Shown in pieces: positions 19,396 through 30,428 of a DNA stretch of 64,000 bases. The notes under the pieces were generated by a model, which searched no databases, was not told where the DNA came from, and worked only from the letters and a program-made list of their open reading frames with translations. Positions within the stretch are counted from its first letter, which is position 1. Every line of letters begins with the position of its first letter. This DNA is from a virus: IMG/VR virus record IMGVR_UViG_3300010430_000025, positions 1 through 64,000 of that record. One strand, written 5' to 3'. The position numbers and the translations under genes were made by a program.

Positions 19396-21218
19396 TGTTG
19401 TTAAATAGGAAAAAAAACGGGGGGTATGAGTATGTTCCGCCCCCTAAGTTTTTTAAAACCACCTTAGAGGCTCAACGCTTTTACATGAAAGAGAAAGAAG
19501 CGTGGATAGAAGGATTTGAAGACCTTTGCGGCAGACATTATAGATTCTTAACGCAGGGTATAGTAGAAAGCGGTAGGGGGGGCTTTAAAAGACCTTCATA
19601 CAGGTTTGACGACAGGGCTGTATTTGAAGAAATAACAAAAGGGCTGAATAACTGTGAAGACCTGCTTGTATATTCAGGTAGGGGGGTGGGGAAATCATTA
19701 TGGCAATCAGATGCTGTTGGGTATAATTCTAACGTATTCCCGGGCTGTACACAAATAATAACGGCTTGTGATTTAGACCGTATAACAAAATTTTTTAACA
19801 ATAAAATAGACGGAAACTTTAAACATGTTGACAAGCATATATCGCCAACACTAAGGGGGTATAGCAATGCAAAAGGTTATCCCGAAAGAGAATATACTTA
19901 TAATATAATTAACAATTTCGGAGAAGAGGATTTAGCGCACTCTAAAGTTTTTGGTCGACAAACCAGTCTTTCCTCAAAAGATGTTACAAATATTTCTGGT
20001 TCTCGTGGTATTTTAATTGCGGTAGACGAGCCGTTTCTACATCCTTATTTAAAAGAATTAATAGCTACATGCGTTGAGGTTTTAACAGAAAATAAAGAGC
20101 GTATAGGAAGTATGTTCATGGCTGGCACACTAGAGCATGATAGCCCTCAATCGTGTATAGAGCAGCTAAAGTTTTTATTAGAACACAAAGAAAAGCTAAA
20201 CATAAGAGATTTATTTCTGCCGTTTTATCATGGGGGAGCATTAAGAGACGACGGAACCTCAGACCATAAAAAACTAATAGATGAATGGGAAAAGAAGTGT
20301 GAGGAATACGAAAAGATGGAGGATAAAACATTTTTATATAACTATAAGAAAAATAATCCCCTTACCGAAGAAGACGTTTTAACCTTATCTATGGAGGGAG
20401 CGTTGCCAGCAGAGGTGTACGCAAATATTGAAGAGCAAAAAAAAATAATCTTAAATACAAAGCCGCCTATTGACAGGGTAAGGGTAGGCAAAGAAGGGTT
20501 TAGTTTAAGCTCATCAGGAAAAATATTATTGTATGAAAAACCAAAAGAGGGAATTAAGTATATAGCTGGTACAGACCCTATTCAAGCGGAAAACACCGCA
20601 AGCAAAGAGGGTTCTCAATTAGTAACAATAATATATAATACTTTTACTAATACACCTGCTGCTCTTTATGCAGAAAGAACACCTTATTCGGATATTTTAG
20701 CTAATAACGTTATAAACCTTTGCGACCATTACAATAAGGCGGTTAATATGATAGAGGCTAATGCGGGGCATATACTAATAGGTAAAATAAAGGAGTTAAA
20801 TAGGAGGGATTTGTTAGCAAAGCAACCTAAAAGAACAGGTTTAGCGGTGAAAGCAACATCTAAAGTACCCATATATGGTGTTCGTATAACGGGAAGTACG
20901 CAAGCGCAAGAACTTGCTCACGAACTGCTAATAAAAGAGATGCTAAATAACTCAGGGAATATATGGCACTTAGATATATTAAACGACTTTGCAAATTATT
21001 TAGCAGGGAACTCTGATTATGTGGACGCTTATAAAACACTTCTTATTTATAAAAAAGAGATAGAACTCCGTTCTGCGGTAATGAAAAAAATTAACACAGA
21101 ATATAAATATGTTCCTCTAACCAAGATAGACCATACAGGAAGAAGGGTTAGAACGCTTGTTAAATTTCCTGTGCAAAAAGAAGAAGTTATAAAAAATAGA
21201 CGTGATGAAGAAAGTTAG
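19395..21218 (+). CDS. terL: terminase large subunit
   Basis: Walker A GRGVGKS, Walker B LIAVDE, nuclease IAGTDP and DYVDA. Confidence 0.85.
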   Translation: MLLNRKKNGGYEYVPPPKFFKTTLEAQRFYMKEKEAWIEGFEDLCGRHYRFLTQGIVESGRGGFKRPSYRFDDRAVFEEITKGLNNCEDLLVYSGRGVGKSLWQSDAVGYNSNVFPGCTQIITACDLDRITKFFNNKIDGNFKHVDKHISPTLRGYSNAKGYPEREYTYNIINNFGEEDLAHSKVFGRQTSLSSKDVTNISGSRGILIAVDEPFLHPYLKELIATCVEVLTENKERIGSMFMAGTLEHDSPQSCIEQLKFLLEHKEKLNIRDLFLPFYHGGALRDDGTSDHKKLIDEWEKKCEEYEKMEDKTFLYNYKKNNPLTEEDVLTLSMEGALPAEVYANIEEQKKIILNTKPPIDRVRVGKEGFSLSSSGKILLYEKPKEGIKYIAGTDPIQAENTASKEGSQLVTIIYNTFTNTPAALYAERTPYSDILANNVINLCDHYNKAVNMIEANAGHILIGKIKELNRRDLLAKQPKRTGLAVKATSKVPIYGVRITGSTQAQELAHELLIKEMLNNSGNIWHLDILNDFANYLAGNSDYVDAYKTLLIYKKEIELRSAVMKKINTEYKYVPLTKIDHTGRRVRTLVKFPVQKEEVIKNRRDEES

Positions 21219-21495
21219 ATTTATAGCTAATAGGCAATATATAGAAGAAAAAATTGACTGCATATACCCTTTAATGAAATTGGTAAAAGGATATAGTTAT
21301 ATAGCAAATAAAGTTAACGCTCGATTAAAAAAAGAAGGAAGTACAAAAAAAACAACTACAGATGAAGTTTATAGGTGTATAAATAAGAAACACTTAGTTG
21401 ACGAGTATATACCCTTAATAATAATTGAAGAAACATTTTTATTTTTTAAACAAATAAAAAAGGCTATCCCCACCGAAGCATTAGACAAAGGATAA
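21202..21495 (+). CDS. hypothetical protein
   Basis: Basic 97-aa ORF after TerL. Confidence 0.5.
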   Translation: MMKKVRFIANRQYIEEKIDCIYPLMKLVKGYSYIANKVNARLKKEGSTKKTTTDEVYRCINKKHLVDEYIPLIIIEETFLFFKQIKKAIPTEALDKG

Positions 21496-21534
21496 TAATG
21501 CTATATTTGTGTATAAAGAAAATAAAGATTAAAA

Positions 21535-22578
21535 ATGTTGACAGGAGCCGACTTAGCAAAGTATCTTAACCTTAGACTTGATAAAGACTATAGCGGTTAC
21601 TTTAACCCTTCTAAACTAAACGCTGCTATAAGGGCGGGTTTTTATAAGATTGTAGAGAGAAAATACCAAGAGCTTAGTTCTCAAAAAACATACGATGAAT
21701 TAACGGGATTTATAAAGACTAATGTTGCAATAGACCTTTTTAATTCGCTGTTATTTATAGACCCCTTGCAGATTATAAATGTAACGGGAAGTTCCCCTGC
21801 TACAATAACCACTTTAAACGCACACAGGCTTGTTAACGGGCAATCTGTTACTATATCTGGTGTTGATGGCATAACAGGCGTTAACGGAACTTTTGTAGCC
21901 ACAGTAACAGGTGCTAATACGTTTACTATACCCCCAGCTACCACAGGGACATATACGGCAAATACAGGTAGTATTGTTCCATCAAACGGATTGTCGGATT
22001 ACCTACACCACCTAACTTCTTTTTCATATATATTAGGGCAAGATATTAACATATCATCTGTAACGGCAGGGACTAATACTATAGTAGCGACTTCTCAGCC
22101 TCACAATTTAAGAACAAAAGATAGTGTTTTTATAGAAAATGTTGTCGGTATAACAGGCATTAATCAGGAGCATACTAATATTACTGTGCTAAACAAAACA
22201 AAGTTTTCTATAGGGACGACAACAGGGACATATACTTCTGGCGGAACGGTAAATTTAGTAAATAATAACTCTACAAAACTAAGGAGAAGCAATGCAAAGG
22301 GATATTATGCTACTGAGCCTACAAATATATTTCCTACCCACGAAATGACTAATGGTACAATAGTTTTTTCACCAACTGCGAGTAAAGTAACATTAGATTA
22401 TATTACTAAACTACCTGTAGAGATAGATGTTAATGATGATGTTATTGACTTAGAAATAACCTATAACCCGAAATTTCTTTACTACTTAATAGATAATGTA
22501 GTATTTGATTTAAGTGGAGATAATAGAGACAGCCAATTAAGGGCAACAACATCACAAGATGTTGCTATGAACCCATAA
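21535..22578 (+). CDS. tail ring/tubular adaptor protein with two FCCH-like inserts
   Basis: N-terminal LNLRLDKDYSGYFNPSKLN; C-terminal LDYITKLP; immediately before the muzzle gene. Confidence 0.55.
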   Translation: MLTGADLAKYLNLRLDKDYSGYFNPSKLNAAIRAGFYKIVERKYQELSSQKTYDELTGFIKTNVAIDLFNSLLFIDPLQIINVTGSSPATITTLNAHRLVNGQSVTISGVDGITGVNGTFVATVTGANTFTIPPATTGTYTANTGSIVPSNGLSDYLHHLTSFSYILGQDINISSVTAGTNTIVATSQPHNLRTKDSVFIENVVGITGINQEHTNITVLNKTKFSIGTTTGTYTSGGTVNLVNNNSTKLRRSNAKGYYATEPTNIFPTHEMTNGTIVFSPTASKVTLDYITKLPVEIDVNDDVIDLEITYNPKFLYYLIDNVVFDLSGDNRDSQLRATTSQDVAMNP

Positions 22579-22632
22579 GCTGTTGTAATGTCAAAATAAT
22601 AATTCTTTTCTTTTAATTAGTTACCTTTGATT

Positions 22633-25600
22633 GTGGCTTTTGAAGAAAAAATAACGCCCCGAGGGGGCATGGACAGCGAAACTGATTTAACAGACATCAG
22701 CAACGGTAACTATTTGCCCACAGCTTATAATATTAGGCATAAAACAACTGACGGCAACTCAACTAATCCCCCTCAAAACATATTAGGAAACGAGTATGTA
22801 TATACTGGAGGTTCTGTTACACGGCAAAATAAAAGAGTAGCTATAGCTATAAACGCTATTGCTGCTGGAACAGGAACTATAGTTTTTAAATCTTCGGGAA
22901 ACGGAACTGCTATAACAACCACGTCTTTTACAATACCTATTAATGATGTAGAAACAGCTATAGATAATGCCGTTTCGGCTGCTAATACTGCACTAACCTC
23001 TTATGGAGGTGTTACTGAAATAGCCTCAGAAAGAATTGTTAATAGCAACACCTCTGCTTCTTATGTTATAGAGATGGGGGGGCTATCACAGAACAATCAA
23101 GGGATAGACTGGCAGGTATCGGTTACGGGAAGTCAAACATTTTTATTCACTACGCAAGAAGCTATCCCAGAGGGATTGGCAGGAGACCTTATAAAAACAG
23201 CACATTTAGTATTAAACAATAATAATTTTCAGTATTGGACAACGCAACAGCTTTTACCTGAAACTAGACAGGTAGTGGAGGCTTCTAACGCTTCTCCTAT
23301 ACGGATAACAGAAGATACAGCACACGGGCTTAGTGTTGGCGACTTAGTAAATATTAGTGGTGTTAAAAGAAATACTAATGCAAATGGGTTATGGTTTGTT
23401 TCCTCAGTAGCGGATAATTTCACTTACGACTTAGCAGGGAGTGCGAGTTCGGGGACAACTGCTAGTATAGGAATATCAAGCGGTACACAATACCTATCAA
23501 CAGGAGAAATATTAATAACTACTAGCGGAGCGCATTCTATTAGTAATGGAGCGACTGTTTTTATAACAGGTTCTGATGCTAGTGCAAATGGAGAATGGGA
23601 AGCGTTAGTAATATCTACTACAACTTTAGTATTAAAAAGCAGTACTTACACGGGTAATTTTGGCGCAGGAGGAACGATAGTTCAAATAGCTAACGCTACT
23701 CATAACCCTGTTGGATTAGGAGAGATAGGAGTAGTTACTGTAGATTCTAATGACCTGCATACATATACAAGGCTAATTAGAAGTACTGAGTTTAATTTTA
23801 GAACTAAAAAACAACAAGATATTCGTGGGCAATTTTATAATGACACCTACGCCATTTACTGGGATGATGATTTTAATACAGGAAGGGTATTTTACTATGA
23901 CTATGTCGCCGCTAATGGCTTTGTAACTGACGGGGCAATAAATTATATTGATACCAACGGTAGATACACCTATGGAGACATATCTACAGGTTTAAACTTA
24001 ATATTAGTGCCTGACACCGTTGATATTGCTTTTGAAGGGCAATTACAAAGCGGGGGCGCATTAACAGCAGGAAATAAAAGGTATGCGGTAAGCCTAGTAA
24101 CAAGTTCTTTAGAGGGGACAGCCTTTTCTAAGCTATCACCCCCTATACCAGTTTATTCGGCTAATACTAATAACCCTACTAATATTCTAGGAAACGAAGC
24201 AGGGGAAGGTACATCAAAAGCAAACCAAATAAGGATAAGCGGTATAGACCCCGACGTATTTCCTTTTGTTCAAGTAGCGGTAGTAGATTATAGCGGTGGC
24301 TCTTTTTCAGGAACAATAATAGACAGGTATGAAGTGCCTGTAGGGGGTGAGTTGGTGGTAACACATTTTGGGAATGAATCTACCGCCCAAGACTTAGACC
24401 TTACTTTACTAAACCAAATTACAGCAGATATACAGTCTGCTAAAAACATAGAGATATTAGAAAATAGGCTTATAAGGAGTAATATTACCGCAACAGCAGA
24501 ATATGATTTAAGTGAGTGGGCACAGAATTCGAGTTATAGGCTAAAAAGAGGCTCTATGACCTCCGTAGGGAGTGGAGAAGCACCTGTATTTGGAGAGTAC
24601 CAAGACCCTTCCAATGTGTTTAATTTTACATCGGCTATGCTTAATGAAACCTATAGAATGGGTATTCAATTAGAAGATAGAGATACAGGGGTATGGACAA
24701 GAGTTTATCATGTGGGTGATTTTAAATTTGATACTTCTGCAATAGGAGGCAGAAAGCTAGAAACACTAACGGATTATAATTTAACTAATACTCCAACGCC
24801 ACCAGCAGATGCTACTGAAACATATTATTTTTATTTAACCTTAGAAGGGTTTGATTGGGATTATGTACTGCCTAACGGTAAAACGATAAGGGAACAATAT
24901 AAAAGCAGGAGGTTTAGTAGGGCTGAAATTAACACAAGAACTATTTTGCAGACGGGCATAGTTTGTCCAAAGTCTGACAAAGACCCTCTTGTGTTTTTTG
25001 GACCCGCATTAAACTCTTGTGTATTAAGTTCTACCACAGCCGTAACCTCGCCTAGTTTCCCTTACGCTCTGGGGGCGACAGATACAAGAAGGCAGTCAGG
25101 GGTGTTGTTTTCTCCAGATTATATCTTAGGAAGTGTTCAGCCAGAATACGTGAGTGGAGACGAGCTTTATACTTTTGGGCAGCCTCTTTTTCAAAGAATA
25201 AAAGACACAGGGACAGGCGCAGGGACAAGACCTACCGCTGGATATTCAACAATGACAGAGCTTTATGGGGCTGTTGGCACTTCTTTTGACACACATGATT
25301 TAGACGGAATTACCCCTATTACGAGTGATGAAACAGTTGTTATTTCGGGAGTAACAATAGAGGGGCTTGCTTTTTTAAACGGACTGAATACCCCCACTTT
25401 TAATAGAGTTCCGTCAGGGCTTGCTTTTGCCATTAACACCACCTTCATAACTGATACAGCGGGGTTGATGGCTAGTGATTATGCTGTTTATTATTATCAA
25501 TATTACCGTGCTTCATCTAACCAATATGGAAGCCCTGAAAATAATCAATGGATAGATTTAAGTGCTATTTACGAAATAACAAACGATACTTCTAGCTCTA

Positions 25601-27474
25601 CACAAGATGTAGTTTATTTACAAGACTGCTTTACTCAGAAAAGTTATATACGCATTTATGATGCTGCATTTACAGGGCAAAACGGAAAAGTTCTAGGGTT
25701 TTATTCGCAAAACTTAATTAATTCTCAACTAAGGAACGAAACAGGAGAAACAAATCAATTTATTTTTCCGAAAGGGAATGGGAGTAATAGTGGTTTTGAT
25801 GGCAGAATAAATGAAGTTACAGTATTTGAAAATACTGAACCGTTTGAATACAACTTAGGCTATAACCTTCCTGTGCAAATACAGTCGGAAGTGGGATATG
25901 ACTCTTTATTTCCAAAACAGACTAGATACCCTTCACGGGTATATTATAGTGCGTTTAAACCAAGTGGTTCATTAGTAGATTATTTTAGGACATTTTTACC
26001 TTTAGATTTTTACGACCAAGATGAAAAGTTTGGTGAGATTAACGGTATGCTTGCTGTTAACGGGGAACTTTATACATGGCAGGAATTTGCCCTTTATAGA
26101 CAATTCTTTAGCACACGAGCAGAGTTTAATAGTAGCGACGACACCCAAACAATAGTAGTAGGTAGTGGTAATGTATTTGCTCAGAGAGGAAGAATGGTTA
26201 ACTCTATAGGGTTAACCCATAAATGGGGAATTAATATAGTAAAAACAAACGAAGGACGAGACGCTGTTTACTGGATTAACGCTAAGTTAGGTAAGCTAAT
26301 GCGATTTGCGGGTGATGGGGCGAGAATTATTAGTGAAAACGAAAAAGGAGAAGGTAGAATGAGAGCCTTTTTAGCAAATAACCTTAAATGGACTATTGGT
26401 AAAGATACCCCCGCAGACAGTCAAGGAATACATATTGGTATTAACCTGCGATACTCTGAAATATACTTAACAGTAAGAGCAAAGAAAGAAACATCAGCAT
26501 ACGACAATTCTACCACCTATAGCGCAGGAGATAGTGTGCTTTACACCCCTAATTTATATGAACGCAACTTTGAACAAACAGGTGAAATATACGAGTATAC
26601 TAACCCTTCCCCTGCGTCAGGGAACCTGCCTACAGACACCGACTACTGGAGAAAGATACCTCACAGCGACAATAACTACTACAATGAATATACATTGGTG
26701 TATGACGAAGACAGAAATACTTTTGAATGTTTTTACCACGTAAAACCTACAATATGGGAATCGTGGAACGATAAAATATACAGCCCCAGACCTGTAACAA
26801 CTCGTTCACGTATGTACTTACATGAAAAAGGGTATTATGGAAGATGGTATGTAGAGAACGGAGAAACGCTAGGCTCTATAACAAAATCAGCAGGTTCTGT
26901 TTCTGTAAGCGGTTCTGGCACATCGTTTTTATCAGAGTTTCAAGATGGTTACGGGTTGTTAGTAAACGGAAATACTTTAATTGTAATAGCTGTTTCTGGT
27001 GATACAGGGTTGCGTATTGATGATATTTATATTGATGCTAACGGAGATGTGCAAACAGGGGCTACAGCATTAAGTTTTACAGGGGCTTCTTATGTTCCAA
27101 TAAGCCAACAGCTAAGACATTCTTATGTAGAGCCAATAGCTAATATGGAAAATGTTAGTATAAAGTGGTATAAAGCTATTCTTTTTTCCACTCTAATTAT
27201 GCCGTATTATGTGAATTTTAAAACCACTTCTCAGATTAGCTATTTAGATAGCGGAGACACTTCTTATGGAGACCCACAATTTATAGACAGAGAAGGGCTT
27301 TGGTTTAGCCCTATTCAAAACGACAGCACTTTATTAGGGATAAACAACGGAGACAGCTCCCAGCTATACGGGAAATGGCTAAGAATAAAACTAACATACA
27401 GATATTTGCTTTTTCAAGTTTTGGAAGACATAATTGTGAAACAAAATATTTCTAATAGAAATCACAGAAACTAA
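22633..27474 (+). CDS. tail stabilisation/muzzle (nozzle) protein
   Basis: About 1610 aa; N-terminal GGMDSETD...AYNIR; RVYYS..K, GEIN, LYTWQE, GKWLRIKL segments as in crAss/P22 gp10-like proteins; likely GTG start at 22633. Confidence 0.7.
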   Translation: MAFEEKITPRGGMDSETDLTDISNGNYLPTAYNIRHKTTDGNSTNPPQNILGNEYVYTGGSVTRQNKRVAIAINAIAAGTGTIVFKSSGNGTAITTTSFTIPINDVETAIDNAVSAANTALTSYGGVTEIASERIVNSNTSASYVIEMGGLSQNNQGIDWQVSVTGSQTFLFTTQEAIPEGLAGDLIKTAHLVLNNNNFQYWTTQQLLPETRQVVEASNASPIRITEDTAHGLSVGDLVNISGVKRNTNANGLWFVSSVADNFTYDLAGSASSGTTASIGISSGTQYLSTGEILITTSGAHSISNGATVFITGSDASANGEWEALVISTTTLVLKSSTYTGNFGAGGTIVQIANATHNPVGLGEIGVVTVDSNDLHTYTRLIRSTEFNFRTKKQQDIRGQFYNDTYAIYWDDDFNTGRVFYYDYVAANGFVTDGAINYIDTNGRYTYGDISTGLNLILVPDTVDIAFEGQLQSGGALTAGNKRYAVSLVTSSLEGTAFSKLSPPIPVYSANTNNPTNILGNEAGEGTSKANQIRISGIDPDVFPFVQVAVVDYSGGSFSGTIIDRYEVPVGGELVVTHFGNESTAQDLDLTLLNQITADIQSAKNIEILENRLIRSNITATAEYDLSEWAQNSSYRLKRGSMTSVGSGEAPVFGEYQDPSNVFNFTSAMLNETYRMGIQLEDRDTGVWTRVYHVGDFKFDTSAIGGRKLETLTDYNLTNTPTPPADATETYYFYLTLEGFDWDYVLPNGKTIREQYKSRRFSRAEINTRTILQTGIVCPKSDKDPLVFFGPALNSCVLSSTTAVTSPSFPYALGATDTRRQSGVLFSPDYILGSVQPEYVSGDELYTFGQPLFQRIKDTGTGAGTRPTAGYSTMTELYGAVGTSFDTHDLDGITPITSDETVVISGVTIEGLAFLNGLNTPTFNRVPSGLAFAINTTFITDTAGLMASDYAVYYYQYYRASSNQYGSPENNQWIDLSAIYEITNDTSSSTQDVVYLQDCFTQKSYIRIYDAAFTGQNGKVLGFYSQNLINSQLRNETGETNQFIFPKGNGSNSGFDGRINEVTVFENTEPFEYNLGYNLPVQIQSEVGYDSLFPKQTRYPSRVYYSAFKPSGSLVDYFRTFLPLDFYDQDEKFGEINGMLAVNGELYTWQEFALYRQFFSTRAEFNSSDDTQTIVVGSGNVFAQRGRMVNSIGLTHKWGINIVKTNEGRDAVYWINAKLGKLMRFAGDGARIISENEKGEGRMRAFLANNLKWTIGKDTPADSQGIHIGINLRYSEIYLTVRAKKETSAYDNSTTYSAGDSVLYTPNLYERNFEQTGEIYEYTNPSPASGNLPTDTDYWRKIPHSDNNYYNEYTLVYDEDRNTFECFYHVKPTIWESWNDKIYSPRPVTTRSRMYLHEKGYYGRWYVENGETLGSITKSAGSVSVSGSGTSFLSEFQDGYGLLVNGNTLIVIAVSGDTGLRIDDIYIDANGDVQTGATALSFTGASYVPISQQLRHSYVEPIANMENVSIKWYKAILFSTLIMPYYVNFKTTSQISYLDSGDTSYGDPQFIDREGLWFSPIQNDSTLLGINNGDSSQLYGKWLRIKLTYRYLLFQVLEDIIVKQNISNRNHRN

Positions 27475-28157
27475 TGAAAGAAAAAACCTTAAAAGAACTT
27501 ACGCAAGATAGTATTGCTCAAGTTTCAGGTGCAGCGAAGGTAGATGAAAGTAAGTTTTATGAGCCTACCGTAGATAATTTAATACACGAAGTAAGGGCTT
27601 CTATATTATCTAAACAACAGAATATAATGAAGTCTTGGGTAAGTGAGTTTTTTCCTACTTACTCTACAGAATTGCAAGAAAATGATTATTGTACTATAAA
27701 AATAGAATCCCCCACGCCTATAATATTTCCAAATCAGGGTGAGGCTTTTATTTATGTAGGCTCTAAGAACGGCATTACACCTTTTAGAAGGATAGGAATG
27801 ATGGGGAGTATTGCTACTGATTACGCTCATCCTGCTACAAAGCCATCTCAAAAAAGAGTTAGCTATGATTTTTCTAACGAAGGAACGGGCTACACCTATA
27901 TAAGGGTGTACGGTAATGTAAGCATAGAAAATATTTTAGTAAAACTGATAGCCTTTAACCCAACGCAAATCCCAACTTTTAGAAGAGATACTGATATATA
28001 CCCAATAAGCGGAGAGCTAATACCCGAATTAAGATTAGGTGTTTTTAATAAACTTATGCAGCAAATGGCACAAACGCCACAAGATACTATTGCGGACGGT
28101 GAAGACCCTTTAAACGCTATTTATAGGGCAGCAAACGCAATGAAAAGGAATAGGTAG
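27474..28157 (+). CDS. tail ring protein
   Basis: Coupled to muzzle; C-terminal IAFNP...DIYPISGELI...PQDTIADG pattern. Confidence 0.55.
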   Translation: MKEKTLKELTQDSIAQVSGAAKVDESKFYEPTVDNLIHEVRASILSKQQNIMKSWVSEFFPTYSTELQENDYCTIKIESPTPIIFPNQGEAFIYVGSKNGITPFRRIGMMGSIATDYAHPATKPSQKRVSYDFSNEGTGYTYIRVYGNVSIENILVKLIAFNPTQIPTFRRDTDIYPISGELIPELRLGVFNKLMQQMAQTPQDTIADGEDPLNAIYRAANAMKRNR

Positions 28158-28189
28158 ATATATATGTAATTATTTAATTAACTTTGCTT

Positions 28190-28867
28190 ATGCCAATACC
28201 ATTAGCCGTGCCCATAGCAGGAGCCGTTGTAAAAGGAGCTACAGGAGCTTTTCAGACTTACAATGCAAATAAAAGAATAAAAGCATTAGGGAAAAGACCC
28301 TCTTTTTCTATTACTCCAGAGCAAGATAAAAGCTATAAAAGAGCAGAAAGAGAAGCTCTTTTTGGCTTTAGCCCCGAAGAAACAAATGCTTTTCAACAAA
28401 GAATAGCAAGGCGAAACAATACTATATTTAATCGAGGATTGGCAATAGGTGGGGGAGGCGTTAGTCAAGCTATTAATGCGGCTGTAATGGCAGGAGAATT
28501 GGGCGCAGAAATGGATTTTGCTTCTCAAGGGGCACGACTAAGAAGGGATAAAATACGTTATGCAGACCAAAGAGGTGATGTAATCTCTAACCAAAGAAAT
28601 AGAGATACTCAAGAGCGCATTTCTTATAGAAACGCTGTAGAACAGGCTTTAGGCAGGGCAAAGAGCGACGGAATGCTTAATTTTTCAGAAGCATTAACAG
28701 ATATACCCAACGCTTTTTTATTAAAAGATTACTACGATAATCCATTAATTATGGATTACTTAAAATCCCAAAACCAACCCACAGGTAGTGCTTCTTTGCC
28801 TAAATACGGAAAAGATAATTTTAGATACGCCCAACCTATATTAGGATATAACCAAAGAAAAACTTAA
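28190..28867 (+). CDS. putative ejection/internal virion protein
   Basis: Ala/Gly-rich N-terminus, helical; follows tail genes. Confidence 0.5.
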   Translation: MPIPLAVPIAGAVVKGATGAFQTYNANKRIKALGKRPSFSITPEQDKSYKRAEREALFGFSPEETNAFQQRIARRNNTIFNRGLAIGGGGVSQAINAAVMAGELGAEMDFASQGARLRRDKIRYADQRGDVISNQRNRDTQERISYRNAVEQALGRAKSDGMLNFSEALTDIPNAFLLKDYYDNPLIMDYLKSQNQPTGSASLPKYGKDNFRYAQPILGYNQRKT

Positions 28868-30426
28868 TGGCAGAATTAGCAGGAGCAATAGGGCTACAAG
28901 GTAGACTAAGGGGAGACACTACAAAGAGTTTCCTTAATGATGCTATCCGTATAGGCGAAATACAAAAAAGAGACAGAGCCGCCCAACAAGCCCTTGTGCA
29001 AAAAGAAAAAAAAGGGTTAGACGATTTAATTGGAGGTTCTATAGGTGTTGACTACAATAAAATACACCCTTTTAATAGGGATAATGCTTTGCAAGCAACA
29101 AAAGATTTCGTTTCAAAATCTTACGAAACATCTCGCTCAGGCGACCCTCAAGCGAGGGTAAGTATTACAAACAGAGGAAGCGACCTTGAAAAGTATATAG
29201 CAGATTTAGGGGCTGCCAGTAAAAATCTTTATGCTTTTGAAAATTACGCTAATTCAGGGGGGTATTTGAACGAAGAAGACCAGAAATTTATGGCTTATGT
29301 TAGAACTAAGAACCCTAAGTATATAGAAAATCTTGACTTAACAAAAACAGCAGCAATAAAAGCGTTTGACCCAGAAACAGGAGATGTTGTTTTTACTCCT
29401 TTTAAAAGAGTTGATATAAAAAACGCAGGAATAAAAAAATATTTTAAGCCTAAAGAAAGAGATATAGGAGATTCAGGTAGATTTGATATTATAGGAGAAG
29501 TTTACGACCCGCAAGAGGTAAAAGCATCTGCAATGGCAGATTTTGCCGCCATGCAGGAGGACGACCCTTACTATCAAAACGCCTTAGTAATGTTTAAAAA
29601 ACAGGCATTAGAAAATTTACAGAAAAAAGTTAACCCTATTACAGGTGAAAAGATGTATGAAAACATCGATTCATACTCAATGAAAGACCCTTCCTTTTTG
29701 GAAGATTTAGACGCTGAAATAGCAGAGTTATACGGGAATTATTTTGCTGAAATGACACTTCCTAAAAAAGAAAAACTAAGGGCAAAACCAAAATCTGGTT
29801 CTAGGTCTTCAAGCAAAACAACAAACTACGGCTCTACCTTAACAGACTTCGGGTGGGAGCAGGGTTCTGACGGGTATTATAATGACGGAACAGGAGAGAG
29901 GAAATATACTTCTACATGGAAGGGAAGTACTCAGCCTGTATCTATGAACTTATCAGGGAGCCAAGATTTATTTAGGGCTTCTGACGGCACGTTTGAAAAC
30001 AAAACAGGTATTCAATCGTATGAAACGGGGCAGCCAGAAATAACACCTGTATATACTGAGGGTATCAATAAAGGTAAACCTGTGCCAGACGATAGATTAG
30101 AATTAGATAAGGGCAAGTACAAATATCAAGCGTTAATAAACTTATCGCAAACAACAAAAACTGGAAGTGGAGTAACAGCAGAGACGGTAGTAACACCGTA
30201 TTTAGCTCCTTTAAGTAAAGTTAAAACAGCATATTTATTGAAGTTAGATAAGAGCGAAAAGGAAGCTACACAAGCTCAGTTTTCTGTTATGGATAAAGAA
30301 ATAGAGAGATTAAACAGGGAGCTTAAAAACAGCACAACAACAAAAATCCCGACTACTAACAATGCAGACCCTTTTAGAAAAGAGTTTAATAACGCCAACA
30401 ATAAAAAAGCCCCAAGACCTAGATAA
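28867..30426 (+). CDS. putative ejection/internal virion protein
   Basis: 519 aa, coupled; precedes the giant protein. Confidence 0.5.
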   Translation: MAELAGAIGLQGRLRGDTTKSFLNDAIRIGEIQKRDRAAQQALVQKEKKGLDDLIGGSIGVDYNKIHPFNRDNALQATKDFVSKSYETSRSGDPQARVSITNRGSDLEKYIADLGAASKNLYAFENYANSGGYLNEEDQKFMAYVRTKNPKYIENLDLTKTAAIKAFDPETGDVVFTPFKRVDIKNAGIKKYFKPKERDIGDSGRFDIIGEVYDPQEVKASAMADFAAMQEDDPYYQNALVMFKKQALENLQKKVNPITGEKMYENIDSYSMKDPSFLEDLDAEIAELYGNYFAEMTLPKKEKLRAKPKSGSRSSSKTTNYGSTLTDFGWEQGSDGYYNDGTGERKYTSTWKGSTQPVSMNLSGSQDLFRASDGTFENKTGIQSYETGQPEITPVYTEGINKGKPVPDDRLELDKGKYKYQALINLSQTTKTGSGVTAETVVTPYLAPLSKVKTAYLLKLDKSEKEATQAQFSVMDKEIERLNRELKNSTTTKIPTTNNADPFRKEFNNANNKKAPRPR

Positions 30427-30428
30427 TT

